Assembly (NCBI GenBank): GCA_050273025.1
Contig: CP158636.1
Coordinates: 11,532,001 to 11,596,000 of the forward strand
Length of the DNA stretch: 64,000 bases
Origin: Cenococcum geophilum
Lineage: Eukaryota
Reading direction: 5' to 3'
The translations under genes and the position numbers were made by a program. Of this stretch, positions 1 through 12,410 are shown in pieces (within the stretch, counting starts at the first letter, position 1; each line of letters opens with the position of its first letter). The notes beneath the pieces were generated by a model. That model was given only the letters and a program-made list of their open reading frames with translations, made no database searches and was not told the DNA's origin.

Positions 1-267
1 AAGGCATTGTTAAGCTGCGCTGGCACTACGGTGTAACACTCTTGAACCGGGCGCAATACTATTCTGTTTGCACAATGCTGTTCAGCTGGATAAATAGACA
101 ACCATGGAGGGACTTACTGTAGCTCCCGTTCTCAAATCACAGCTGCCTCTACTTGTTCTGAATTCTTCAGCTACTTATTATAGCTGGGCAAAGAGTCACC
201 GGAAAAGTAGCTGGATTTACAAAAGCCTTCGCAGCGACAGGAGGTGTTCAATCCGACCACAGTCAAC

Positions 268-653
268 ATGTGCCACACCGAGCATGTCTTTCATAGGCCA
301 TGTCGTCACTGGGGACGAGAGAGGTTCGTCGGAGAACCGTGTATACGCTCCCGGCTAGTCAATGGACGCCACACTGGATGTTCGTATCGGGAGAGCCTTG
401 GGTCCACAAATAGTAACGACTACTGTTGCGATTGCAAATACCGTCAGGCAAAGGGTGGGTACTGGAGGCCCTTTGCGGATATTAGCAATGGTGGTTGGGC
501 GCAAATCGAAAAGAAAGCGAAGCAAAGGGCCTCAAGCTCGGAGCACTCCCCTACGATCATGAAGGTAAGTGTCCGTTTCCTTTCCCAGATAAGAATAAAT
601 CTTACTAATTCGGAAAGTAGACCGAAGATTGTCGTGGTTCAGTCAGAACGTGA
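268..653 (+). CDS. Small Cys/His-rich hypothetical protein (2 exons: 268-564, 621-653)
   Basis: ATG at 268 (MCHTEHVFHRPCRHWG...CCDC); GTAAGT donor at 565, TACTAAT branch, AG at 619-620, stop TGA at 651-653. Confidence 0.55.
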
Positions 654-2682
654 GATCGTGGTTGCCGTCCAGATACCACTGAGAGGGCCCTGAACAGCAT
701 TTCAGAGATTTGGGACGGGTGAGTTGCCAAGCCCGGTCCAGCAAGTACAACGGTGTTACTTGCGGAACGCCGTCAGAGGTCCCTGCTCCATCTTCCGCAT
801 ATTATACACGCCCGGCTTCCACTTGGCTTTGCCCATGCGAGGTATATTGATCGTCATTCTATGACTAGCCCTCCTCTTTGAGGTCGAAGAAAATGCCCGA
901 GGCCGCCGCTGTTACTTTATGCAGGTTTAACACTCCGTTCGGACTGTGTCAGCAAAATGAATGGTGATAAATTGCCAGACCGGGGCAAAATCCTGAGAGA
1001 AATCTGGGTTACACGAACGGACGAGGCCCACAGACCAGGCGAGGCAGTCAGCACCCCTGCAGCTAATCTCGGCCTTGGAACGAACCAAATATACTCGTAT
1101 GAGTAGCACGTAAATGTCCTCTGGCTTTAGTAAAGCTGTGGTAGCTCTTAAGAATTTGTGAGAGGAAGTGCAGGCGTTACGGAAGGAGTTGCGGCAAGGT
1201 ACTTAGGACTTCGAATGTCTGACGATTCATCTTCGTAAAGCCACTCTCTAAATCCTAAGGATCGCGGGCTTATTAAAGTGGGATGAATATCAAGTGAGCG
1301 TTGTAGGGGAAAGTTTCGTAGAAATGACCATCAGCCATTTTGCTTGTCAGCTGATTAGGTCTTCGGCGTGATTGGATAATGCGAGACGCAGCATAAATCG
1401 ATAAAACAAGCTCCAGAGACACAGAATTTGCGATGATCGAACGTTGACGACGGTGACGAAGCGTGATGTACGAGAAAGGAGCCAAAGCATAAGAGGCTTC
1501 CTGAATGAGAACCAATATATTGCTTTTTCGGAGAATTCATTGCGATCTATGAAGATATGAACCTAGCGAGATACGCTAGAAAGTAGACGTCCGGCGCGAA
1601 CCAACCCCTATCCGCTTATGTCAGTCGGGGAGTCAAATGCTCATTAAGTGACATCCACTTTAACGCCGTGTCCTAGGTATTATAGCCTTCTGTAAGAGCT
1701 CGGTCAAGTCGGCGGTTTTCTTCTCTCAAGACGAATCGGAGAAGCGGCAGGGCTTCACATGCATATCTGAAACCTGTAAGCGTGTCAACTCTGCACGACC
1801 GTCAGCCTCACGGTGGCGTAGCCATAGTGTTCACTCGGTATGGAGGCATTGTAGAGAATATTTTAGCAACAGAACTTGCCACTGGCAGGTCCCAATAGTA
1901 AAACAAATCGCGCAAGCACAGGCTGGACACTGTACCCCAGTAGACCCAGTAGCCAAGGGCCGACTCAACTTTGCGAGTCAAGACGATGGTCCGGGGAAAA
2001 CGCACACAATGATTCTGCGGAGATGAGGAAGATTTTCGAGCATGCGCAGTGAGTAATGGAAAGATCTGCGTCGCCTTTCGGAATCCCCACCTTAGCCCTC
2101 AAGCCGAAAGGCAAGTCTTGTCGACGTGTAGTCGTGTGGTCCAACAGCTCCACGGACAGCATTGCCCAGGGACTGCTCAGGAGAGAGGCATGAGAGCCGC
2201 CAAAAGGCTGCATATACACACTCCAGGTTCCTACATATTCTCCGTCACATGTTTTATCCCCAGCAGGCCGACTTGTTTTGCTCTTTCGAGGCGTCTCTTC
2301 ACCAGAGGTTTTTGCCCAATTAACCTGCGGACCGAGGCGGCCGGGACCCAAGATCGACGGCTGGGATCTTGCTCTTCCACCAAATCCTTCTAAAGCCTCA
2401 TCCGCCCGAACTCCTATCCATCACCGCCCCCAACCTACCACCCTGCCACCCTTCATCAATTCCTGTCGCAGAATGGACAACTAATAGCGTAAAATACTGC
2501 CCACAGCTCTCTTGCGCTGCTTTGATTCTTCTTTGTCTACCTCGCCTTTCCCGCCCTCCGCCAAGGTCGCCGAGCGACCCAACCCCCTCCAGCCGGAGTG
2601 AACGATTCCTACTTTGGAACCTCAAAATCCATCACCCCCTGCCGTACTTCCCAACCTGCGCAATCTCATTGCACCTGGAGCC

Positions 2683-5600
2683 ATGACATCTCCAACCATG
2701 CACCGGCATACCCGCTCCGAAGCTACAGAGTTTACCTCTCCACGCTCAAGCAGGGCCACAAGCTTCAGCAGTGATAGACCTTCAGCCGCCGGTTCTACTT
2801 CCTTTCAGATACCCACCAACGTGCGACCTCCGCCTGCCTACATTGCCGCCTCCGTCGCCTCGCAGATAGTCACCGACCACCACAATGCGCAGCTGCGTGA
2901 GGAGTTCGACTTCAATGAGGACTCCTCACCTTTCCTCATCAATGCCCTCTTTTCCGACGAGGCGCTAAACTTACTCAATACCTTTCTAGACCATCTATTG
3001 TTTTCCTTCCTCTCCACTGCTCGGTCGCCCTCACTTACCACCATCCGGCCCGCCATCACCGACGTCCTCAGGCCTAGGCTCGCGCGGGAGGCAATGACTA
3101 CAGCCGATGAAGAACTACAGGGTCTTTTAGCCGGCGATGATGAAGAGTTTCCTGGGAAGAACGAGCAAGACCCCTTCGAGAAATGGGACGTCGAGATGGT
3201 ATGGAAGCGCACTCGCCTGCGCATTATGGTATACACTCGGCTGGGAGAATTTGAGGACGAAGATGAAGAGCGCTACCTCGAGCAAGAACGCGCCCTCAGC
3301 CTTGACGATGGCAGTAATGAGGAACTTGGGCTCGTGTCCTGGGCAGCTGCTATCTTCCTGACGTCAGTGATAGAGTACATTGCAGAGCAAACTCTTATGG
3401 TTTCTGGCCAAGCTGCATTCGCAAGGATGTCCGCGAAAATGAAGAAAGCAGCTCGGAAGTCCATGGATGGCGAAGAGGTGCAGCTCGAACGAGTGGTCGT
3501 CGAAGAATTCGACGTGGAGAAAGTTGCCTTAAACTCCACTTTGGGTAGGCTTTGGCGGACGTGGAAAAAGCGCGTGCGAGTACCAACTGCTCCACTGCCG
3601 TCACCGACCCCCTCACGTGGACAAACTCGCGGTTTTTCTAATATGGCAAGCCTTGATACTGCCGAGTCGGCCCTAAGTGGGGATGCTTCAAGAGCGCAGT
3701 CTCTAGCTGAAGTACCTAAGCACGAAGTCACCGAAACTGATATTGCTGCCAATATACCTCTTCCGATGAGCGACAACGATGTAGCTGAAATCGAAGTTCC
3801 CGGGCTGGCTCGTCAGTTCGATGAGGGCAGCAGTAGTAGTGAAACTCCGACTGTCAGACCATCCCAACGACCGGCCAGCTTCATACTGTCCTCGTCCCAA
3901 TCTCTGCTAGACGATACCATTCTCAGACGTTCACACAGACCGCGTCCGTCATCCATGCCCATTCCGGGACTAACTCCTTTTGTCTTCCCGTCTCATACCG
4001 TAGTAGATGATCCTGACTTTGTGACTCCCATGGAAAGGATGGCAGACAGCAGGTCCTATATTGGAGAGGGAGAACCAGTGGAAGAACAGGAACCAACCCA
4101 GAGAACAGAATCATTGGAAGCACAAGAACCACTGGGCGAACAAGGAAAATCAGAAGAAAAACCAAAAAATGTCAAACCCGGAGTTTTGGCCGGAGCCTTG
4201 GCCGGAGCGACATCATTAGCTGCAGCTGCAACCGCGACTACTGTGGGGACTAGCTCATCAAACGACTCATCTCCAGAAAATGATAATGAGGATGTGGAGA
4301 CTCTAGTTCTCAGCGGAGAGGGGGGTGGGTCGGAAGTGTTGCACTCGAAGAGAATGTCAATTTCACCACCAGGGCCCCCAGATATTGTTCGTACCTACCC
4401 AGTCAAAAGTACTAGGTCTTCTCATGACGTGCAACCCGTGGAAGAGGATACATACGTTGAGGTTGCGGTAGCGGATTCGCGCGACGTGCAACCTACAGAA
4501 ACCAAGCCTTACCATGAGGAGGTACAAGCAAGCTCTAATGGCGTCCTCCCTGTGAGGTCTAAATCATTCCCCGAAGACGCGCAAGCGGCCAATGAAGAGG
4601 ATGACCCCGAAGCAATTGGAGTGGCCCGTACTTCCAATGTGCCCATTCCTGCTGCGCCTACTCCTCCACCAGGCGAAAGCGTTATGAACGGGCATTCAGC
4701 TGCAACAATCCTCGCGCAGCATGGCGATGAGAATGAATTAGAACGAGCCCGAAGGTTAGAGCAGCGTGCTTCCCGCCGTCCCTCTGTTTCACCCCCTATG
4801 GCCCACAAGACACCTAGTCCCGCCGAGAGTGCGATGATGTCTGAGAGAATCGTACAGCGGAAAGAGCTGCCACAGCCACGATCAGCCTCGACACCTTCTC
4901 GCAGTCCTGCCTTGGCTTCGCTACGAGAGTCTGATAGCTGGATAGACGTGACACAAGAGAACTATGTGCTGGAGAATCGCATCACTGAGATTCCGCGATC
5001 GCGGCCGCAGAGCTCCGGACAACATGGTGCGAACAGCCGGTCACGGGAAATTCCAGTATTAGACAAAGCATCCCAGAGGCAGTCGAATGATAGCACTCGC
5101 AGTGGCACTCGCTCAAAGAGTCAGAATACAGAGAGCTATCCTACCGAACGTGCTGCATTACAGCGCGTTTCCTCTACATCTTCTACAACAAGATCCGTAT
5201 CTGTGGCTAATTCAGCTCTACATAGCTCCAAGGGCTCGGAATCAAGTATTGGCCACCCACGTGGTTTGAGTGAGAGATTATCAGAGGAGGATCGACAGAG
5301 GGAATTTGACTCGCTTGTCAGGGGTGAAGAAACAGTCAAATATACTCTAACCCCTCAGAGTATGCGTGATATAGACGTAAGTTGGCCCGTGTTCTACATA
5401 ATCCTGGTTTTTTACATTGACGCTTGCTAGGAGCCCCCGGTCGTGAAGAAAGTAGAAGCGCCGAAGCCTACTACACTAGTCACGGTCTACCCTCGCGTGG
5501 ATGCTACACAACTGCCATCCACCAGCTCACGACAAGCCCAGTCAGCGCCTCAAGAGGTTTCAGCACGAGCGGTTTCAAAGGGAAAAAGCTCAGTTACTTC

Positions 5601-6837
5601 TCAGCAAACAGTCACCGTATCGAGTACTCGCCCACCTCAAAGTAACACTAAAGCCCGGAAAAGTGGTCTCGCTGCAAGGGAACCAAGAATTCAGACGGAG
5701 TCAATGCGGGACTTTGCTGATTTTATTCGATCAACTGGTCCTCGGGATGATAGAGGGCCACTACCTCTGCAGCCCTTCGTTACATCCGCTACAAGCGTAA
5801 AGCCTGGAGCGCAAACCTCACCTATCAGCGGGATGGGCAGAAAGATTACCGGGAAGGATGCGCCTGGTCCTTCATCCAGATCCGTCAACGGAACACATGA
5901 CGGTCCTTCTACTAAAGTAAGACCTCATATGGAGCCACGCAGTCCAGCTGGTCCGGGCAATGGGAATGCGGAGTTGATTGATTTCATTCGTCAAGGACCT
6001 CCCAACTCCCTGGATGGACAGCATAGAATTTCACGTACGGTCGCACCATTTAGGACTACTGTCGATTCGGACGAGTTTAACCGTATGCTCGACGACAGAT
6101 CCCCAGAAAACAGCCAACTGGAATCTGCCTATAGTTCTCAAATATCTACAAACTCTAAGCAATCAAACCGCACATCCACCAATTCACGAACTGGACTTTT
6201 ACCCCAACAAAACGTGGTCCAGCCAGCCTATTCGAATACGCCTCAATATCTCGCTAGTAATCTAACTGTGCCTGAACCTCAGGTTGTGCGCAAACGCCGC
6301 CGTGTCAAAGACCCTTATGCCATCGACACAGATGACGAGGACGAGGATTTATTGACTGCCCTTCCGAAATCTAGAAGACAGGAAGAGAGCCTCATCGACT
6401 TCCTACGCAATGTCGAGCCGCCCCTCCAGAATGATCCTAAGCCGCTGTTAGCTAATGGTGCGCATGCTGCTGCCAATTCCAGGTCACGCATGATAAATGG
6501 CTCATCGCATGCTTCATCAAGTGCAAATGGCTCGTCGTCTGCTCCCCTAGCTACTAGATCTGCACTGCCATCTTCATCTGGAAACCCTGCGGTGATTTCT
6601 TCTACCATCACAGCCTCAGCTCCAAAAGCGAACAAGCCTAAGGTTCAGCCACGGATTTCCGGGGCAAGGGATGCATACTCACCGTCAACGACTGATTCAA
6701 ACGATCTCGCAGACTTCCTCCGCACTTCCGGTCCTCCTGAAGTTAGGGCACCGCCTGCCAATACTGCAGCCAAGGAAGAAGGCAAACGCACGGCCACCAG
6801 ATTTTGGAGAAGGAAGACAAATGTGGATATGCCATGA
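2683..6837 (+). CDS. Large conserved fungal Ser/Pro-rich protein with an N-terminal helical domain (exons 2683-5376, 5431-6837)
   Basis: 938-aa and 464-aa ORFs joined in frame by a GTAAGT...CTAG intron (5377-5430); repeated 'DFADFIRSTGP / LIDFIRQGPP / LADFLRTSGP' motifs; true start uncertain. Confidence 0.8.
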
Positions 6838-9076
6838 GAAGAATTTAGAGAATTCGGCATACCATGTGTGGGATGATAATTATGCAATTTTTGTTTCTAC
6901 TTGGCCCTAAAGTGGTGGTTTGCTTTCTTGGAGCCCGGCTTGGTTATTCCTTTTGCCACGACTTCTTTTCGCACTACGGTTCATTTCATTGTCGGTACGG
7001 AGCTTTCCGCATCTTCGACAGCCCGGAGTATGCCCCCCTCCTTTTTATCCACCCACTTTATTTTCTTGGATGCTCGGTTTTCTGTCCTCTTATTTCATCT
7101 CCCTACTTTATTCTCGTCTTTCGTTTCGAGATTTATGACGACGCGCGCACGCGCGCGCTTGCTTCGTCTGACTATGTTTACGATTTGATTGAAGGGAGTC
7201 GGGCTTGTGGAGGAAAACGTTCTTGCACACTTCTTTATATATATAATTCCCACCGTACCGCACCGCACTTTAATCCCAGGCTCGGCACCCGTTTTACTTG
7301 TCGAAGCGAGCTGTTTTGCAGCGTACATTTTCCCCCGCATTGCAGAGGTTGGATTTGTGGGTTGGAGGATTCGAGGTCGGAGCTGTTGATAGAGTGCTCT
7401 TTGGCAGATGCGCGGGTTTTGGAGAGCGGTTTTAGAGTGGGAGAGGCGGCTTGTGAGATATTAATATACCTCTTTTCTGAAGAATATGCTGAATAGCATT
7501 GGTGAGCTGATCAATGGGACTGTCAAAGTGTGAAGATCTGCCCTCACGTATACTTCACGTAAGCCTCCTGCAGGGCTCTTGCTGCAGCTCATCTCCGTGG
7601 CGCACTTCTTGGGCACTCTATCTGGTGTACGTACTCTACTACTATGCTTTCATTATTCCATATGAGATAATAACACCCGATTCGCCAAAAAGGACGGAAG
7701 ATTATAGAATGATGACTGCATAGTAAAGAGCCAATTGGCTCCCTGTCGAGAATGGGGCAATGTGGCAGTCGCAGAGTGTAACCGCATTGCCCTGAGCGGC
7801 GGTCAGAATCAACGGTCATCAGTTGCAATTTGCCCCGGGCCATGCCTCGGATAAAGAAATGGCCACATTCAACGATTTGGTTGGTGTAGGCAAACGCAAC
7901 GATATTCTTGTAAAATGGCGTTACTGTTCCTATGAAAAGGCAATGTTTGCCCCCAGAAATACTAAAAGGGCGGCCGTCGCTCTGGTAGCCTAAAATTAAT
8001 TGATATATGTTAACCTACACTGATACCCAACTCGTGACGAGCTGTAACTGGAGTGGTCCTATCAAAGAAATTTTCCATTCCGTACATACGGCGAGTGGCT
8101 TAGTGCCGCGTAGTGCCCTAGAGCTTCTTTGACAAGAAACCGGAACCAACTCTTCTACCGGCGGCTCTGTCCAGAACCGGGCAGTCAAGTGCTGAGGTCT
8201 CCGAGGCGGCTCATGAGGTGATACAGGGTCATGTGGCAAAATCCGGAAAGGATTGAGGTAGATTATTCGTCTAGCTGCTGCCACGCGATAGCTGCGATGT
8301 GGATCGGCTTCTGACGTCCTACAGGAGGCATTCAGTGACAGATGCTGAACGTATATTGAGACACACCGACAATATATTAGCTGCCTTGTTCTTTCTGAAA
8401 CGTATACGGAAAGGCCTATTGGGCTACTTTGTACACCAGGCCCGTGGAAAAAGTTACAGTGGCGGTCCTGAAAACTTATGGCACAAAGCGCCCCGAGGCG
8501 CTGAACGAGGGGTGATGCCAGCTCACATGTCGAATCGGTGTATATAAGAAGGCAACTGGAACTGGTGCTGCCCAAGAGAGCCGTTGGCGACCCTTTGCGG
8601 CTGTGACAATTTATACTTAGATAGTGTTGTAATGCTGTCACTGGCTGTACATCTTCCAATCCTGCAGGCGCTGTGTCGCAGCAGTGCCGCTAAACTTAAA
8701 ACGGTATGATCTAACTATCTTCAGTCAATAGTTCCCCGACTTCTGTTCATCCACATCGCTTTTGGTACCCAAAAGTGCTCCCGATGATACACTCCATCGT
8801 GGCCTCGGCCAGGCCCATAGGACATCTTCTAAGCGATACATCGCTCTCACCGGCACATGCCAACCCTAGACGATGGAGATAGCCATCATTATGCCGGGCC
8901 ACGTAGCAGCGGCCTGCGTCATCATGACAGAGCCTCAAGGTAGCAAACTTCTTTTATCACACATCAAGCTCTCCTCTACCTTGCAACTAAGGCTGCGCCA
9001 TCGAAGAACTGGATTCCGCGGGCGCCGATCCGCCGTTCTCACACCAACGCCAGCCAATACTCTTTGAGCATCCAAA

Positions 9077-9851
9077 ATGAACGTCCCCGACCCGCTCAGT
9101 TTCTGTATCTCCACCCTTGCGCTAGCAGATCTAGGGTGCAAGTACCAATGTGCTCATGAAGAGATCGGCATCTACAGGGACATCATCAAGTCCACCTCCG
9201 ACCTTGTCGCCGAGACAAAGGACAAACTCCAAAGAGCAGTGGCAGGCCACCTACCTAATGACGACATGGCATGGATCTACGGCAAAGTTCAACAAGCAGA
9301 AGTCTTGCTGGCGAAGGCAAACAAATCAATGAAAGGCATGGACAAGGTTGTACCACAAAAGCGGTTTCGATGGGTGTTCCAAAAGCGGGCGGTCGCAGAG
9401 TCATACAAGGGTGCAATATATCAGTGCCATGTAACGCTGTCACAAATTCGGTCCCGCTTGATAGGGATGCAGAATCGGGAGTATGGATATGAGTCGTCGT
9501 GGATAGAATCAGATAGACTTCCGCCGTCAAGACAGATCGCAAATGCACCTTGGGAACATCCAGGTTTGTCTAACCGATTTCTTGTTTCTCTCTTCATGCG
9601 CAAGGATGAACCCGTCAGGCTAACGTAGATCTTCTCGCGCAGCAGACGACTGCCACTGGAGCAGCCCAACCCCGCGCCGGATCGCCGCTGCACAGGGAGG
9701 ACACCATGGTTTCCCATCACCATACCCTAGCAGTAAGGTATATAAGGCTGCCACCGTCGCTAGACACACGATACCTCTCGTTAGGAGTCGCCGTACGAAT
9801 ACCGACTTGCACGCCTGGTTGCTGAACAGCGTTCTCCAAAATGCTCGATAA
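9077..9851 (+). CDS. Stand-alone fungal N-terminal helical (HeLo-like/SesA-like) domain protein (exons 9077-9563, 9643-9851)
   Basis: Starts 'DPLSFCISTLAL', amphipathic helices, 'RFRWVFQK...' motif typical of N-terminal domains of fungal STAND proteins; intron 9564-9642 with GCTAAC branch; family assigned by eye. Confidence 0.55.
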
Positions 9852-10653
9852 GTTAATGGGAGGTCTTTTGCGAGCAAATACTGTTTTGGGTGGATGTTTG
9901 TCTCTTTTGTCCGGGTGGATATGATGAGCGGGCATCAGGATGTCTGCACTTTGCGAATAAAATTGGATTGAGGACTTTGTGCTGAACTTCATGGACCAGA
10001 TCTACCTCCAACCCTAACCTTTCGTTTTATTAAATCATGTTTACCAATTTCTGTCCAACGTTCCGTCCAGTGTTCTCTCCGGCGTTCTTACTTTGCGCGT
10101 TAATTCTATTTCCTCATTAACTTGGCTTTTAAGCGCAGAGAAACCGTGTAGTAGATTGATACCCAAATTATACCCTGAAAGCCACGAAACCATGAAGACG
10201 TCTTGCAAAGAGTAACGTATTTATTATATATGATCCGGGCTTATGTATGTACACAGAGCTCCGAGCTATATACAGTCCCAGAAGCTCATTTCCCCGAAAA
10301 ACAAATATATATCCCTTGCACTGATAGGGTCCTATAAAATGTGGCCCGTGCATGCATGTCAAGAGCATCAACTTTCTTGCGCCATAAACTCTATCGAATA
10401 CCACTATGCAAAGACGGCCCGTATTGGCAGGAGCACGTAGATCGACTCAACTCCAAAGAATAAGGCTCTATATACAATATACACCAATATTTCAATGTTT
10501 GTGACTTCATTTGAGACCTGTGGTGATGCGGCAGAACGACTTACCGCCCATATGTGATTGGTGCGCACGGGCCACCCTCACAGGACGTTATTATCGGATA
10601 ATACAATTGTAAGTGATCTCGCAAGGAGCTGGTTTATTACGTATTAGAGCGTA

Positions 10654-11550
10654 TATTGATCTCGATTAATGTCTGATGCGGTCCCAAGCTTGGTCCATGC
10701 AGACGAATACCGATAAGTTCAGGTACAAAAAACCTCCAAAAAGGGCGACGTGAGAGGTAATACAGTATGTACCCCTCTAGGTAGCATGCCCGTACTACAT
10801 CAACGGGAGGAAAATTACCGTTAGGTCGCTGCTCTGAGACTCCTGTAAGGGAGTGTCCTGATTGCCTATCTTGCCGTCTGCCCTCCATGCTTCCATATTG
10901 TCGTAGATTGCCGTTAGATGTCGTTGTTGTTGTTTGCCTGCCCCTAGCTTCTTACTGCCCTGTACGCGTATCCGCGTCGCCTGCGGTCCTCCTGCATGTA
11001 GCCAAATAACGCTCCCTGTTCTGATTACCCTCCCTTGCCTCTATCCCCTATCTTCCTGCATCCAATAGCGCGCTCAACCAGGTACTGTAGGGGTGCACCA
11101 AGCCCCTATGGACCCGCGCTGCACTACGTATTAGAATATGCTGGGTGGATTAAGGTATAGAGGGAGTAGGGGGCGGTTTGGATAAGAGGCTCGTCGTAGG
11201 CCTTCCGCCTGCGAGGTGTATACGGTTTGGCTGCGTGTAGGTGCCGTACGGTATATCGTTATACCGCATAAGAAGGGGGTCGCTGCCGTAGGTAGATGCC
11301 GTGATTCGAGTGTACTAGACGTGTACGTGAAGACGTAATGGCTGTGTTGAGTTTTTCGTTGGGGCTCACCCTCCCAGTGAAAAATCTTCACGATACCACC
11401 ACGTTGCAGCGCCGGCGCTGCGCAGCCGTACGCACGTCTCTGCGTTTGCTCTAGTAGTCTATCAGCACGATCCTGACGGAGCGCTGATAGTACTGCTAGG
11501 TTCCCGGGCTCCACCGCGTGGAGGTGCAGAGGCCGATTTCATGGAGCCCC
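10654..11550 (-). mobile_element. Putative non-autonomous non-LTR (SINE/SIDE-like) retroelement with 14-bp target-site duplication
   Basis: CGTATTAGAGCGTA at 10640-10653 and 11551-11564; HDV-like ribozyme at its 5' end; 3' stem-loop; no recognisable RT ORF. Confidence 0.65.
11438..11549 (-). ncRNA. HDV-like self-cleaving ribozyme
   Basis: Minus strand: P1 GGGCTCC/GGAGCCC, P2 CTCTGC/GCAGAG, P3 ACC/GGT, L3 TCCACGC, P1.1 CC/GG, long P4 CTAGCAGTACTATCAGCG/TGCTGATAGACTACTAG, J4/2 AGCAAAC with candidate catalytic C at 11448. Confidence 0.8.
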
Positions 11551-11656
11551 CGTATTAGAGCGTACATTAATGAGAACTGCAAACGGAAATAGAAGTATCC
11601 TCCTGTGTACAATTAGAATGCTATGACCGTCTCGAGTGATTAGCTACTAACCTATA

Positions 11657-12410
11657 TTAATCACAATCCGGGTCCTTAACGACATCTCCGTCCTGGTAGA
11701 CGCTTGGGAACCATACACCCTGGTCAAATTGTCCAAAGCTCCAATCAGACGGGTGCTTTTGTACCATGCGTTGAATTCTGTCGGCAGATGTGCACATTCG
11801 CTCAATATGTTCTTCACGTCGATCATCTGCAGGATTTGAGGCATAAGACCCAAGCTTTCCGGTGAGGTCGCTTAGGACAGCGCTCACTAGTGTTTACATG
11901 TAAGATCAAATGAAGTCAATGGGGGAGTATATGCGGAGCTGTACCGTTACTACCGCCAGCCCTTATATGGTTGACCAGGGCCTCACCTATGGTTCGGCGA
12001 ACATAGGAAGAATACTCTGCGGCATAAAAGCGCTCTGCGTGCTGATCTATGAGTGTACAAAGCACTATTATGCCCTGAGTGATGTCGTTGTCCTCGGGCG
12101 TGTGGTCCTCGTAGATTGTTGGCTGCCCCCGATAGCTTGACTTCGGCCGGGTGCGTCCCCCCTGGGCGGAGCCGGTTCGCCTGGAACCGGAAGAAGGCCT
12201 CTGGCTGGAGGGAGGTCGTCTAGAGCTAGTTGAACTAGACGAAGGCCGCTTAGAAGACGAGGGTCGTTGAGAAGAGGCAGGTCGCTTAGAGGCAGGTCGA
12301 TTCTGGCTGGTGGGAGGTCGATTTGAAGTGCGAGGTCGAGCCGTTGCTGCTCTCGCCGGTTCCAGGGGAACAGGTTCGTTGGCCGCTTCCTTTGAACCAC
12401 CACAGCCCAT
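11657..12410 (-). CDS. Hypothetical protein with MGCGGSK lipidation motif, RPxSS repeats and a compact C-terminal domain (exons 12410-11945, 11886-11657)
   Basis: Two minus-strand ORFs joined in frame by a GT...AG intron (11944-11887); N-terminal MGC myristoylation/palmitoylation-type motif. Confidence 0.8.

Noticed and set aside
6864..7496. 210-aa hydrophobic ORF
   Set aside because: Non-ATG start, T-rich 3'UTR-like composition directly after the large gene, no recognisable motif
8015..8659. 214-aa minus-strand ORF
   Set aside because: Non-ATG start, no domain signal or splice structure I can support
11131..11514. 127-aa ORF inside the ribozyme element
   Set aside because: GTG start within the ribozyme core, no RT/endonuclease/gag motifs; probably incidental
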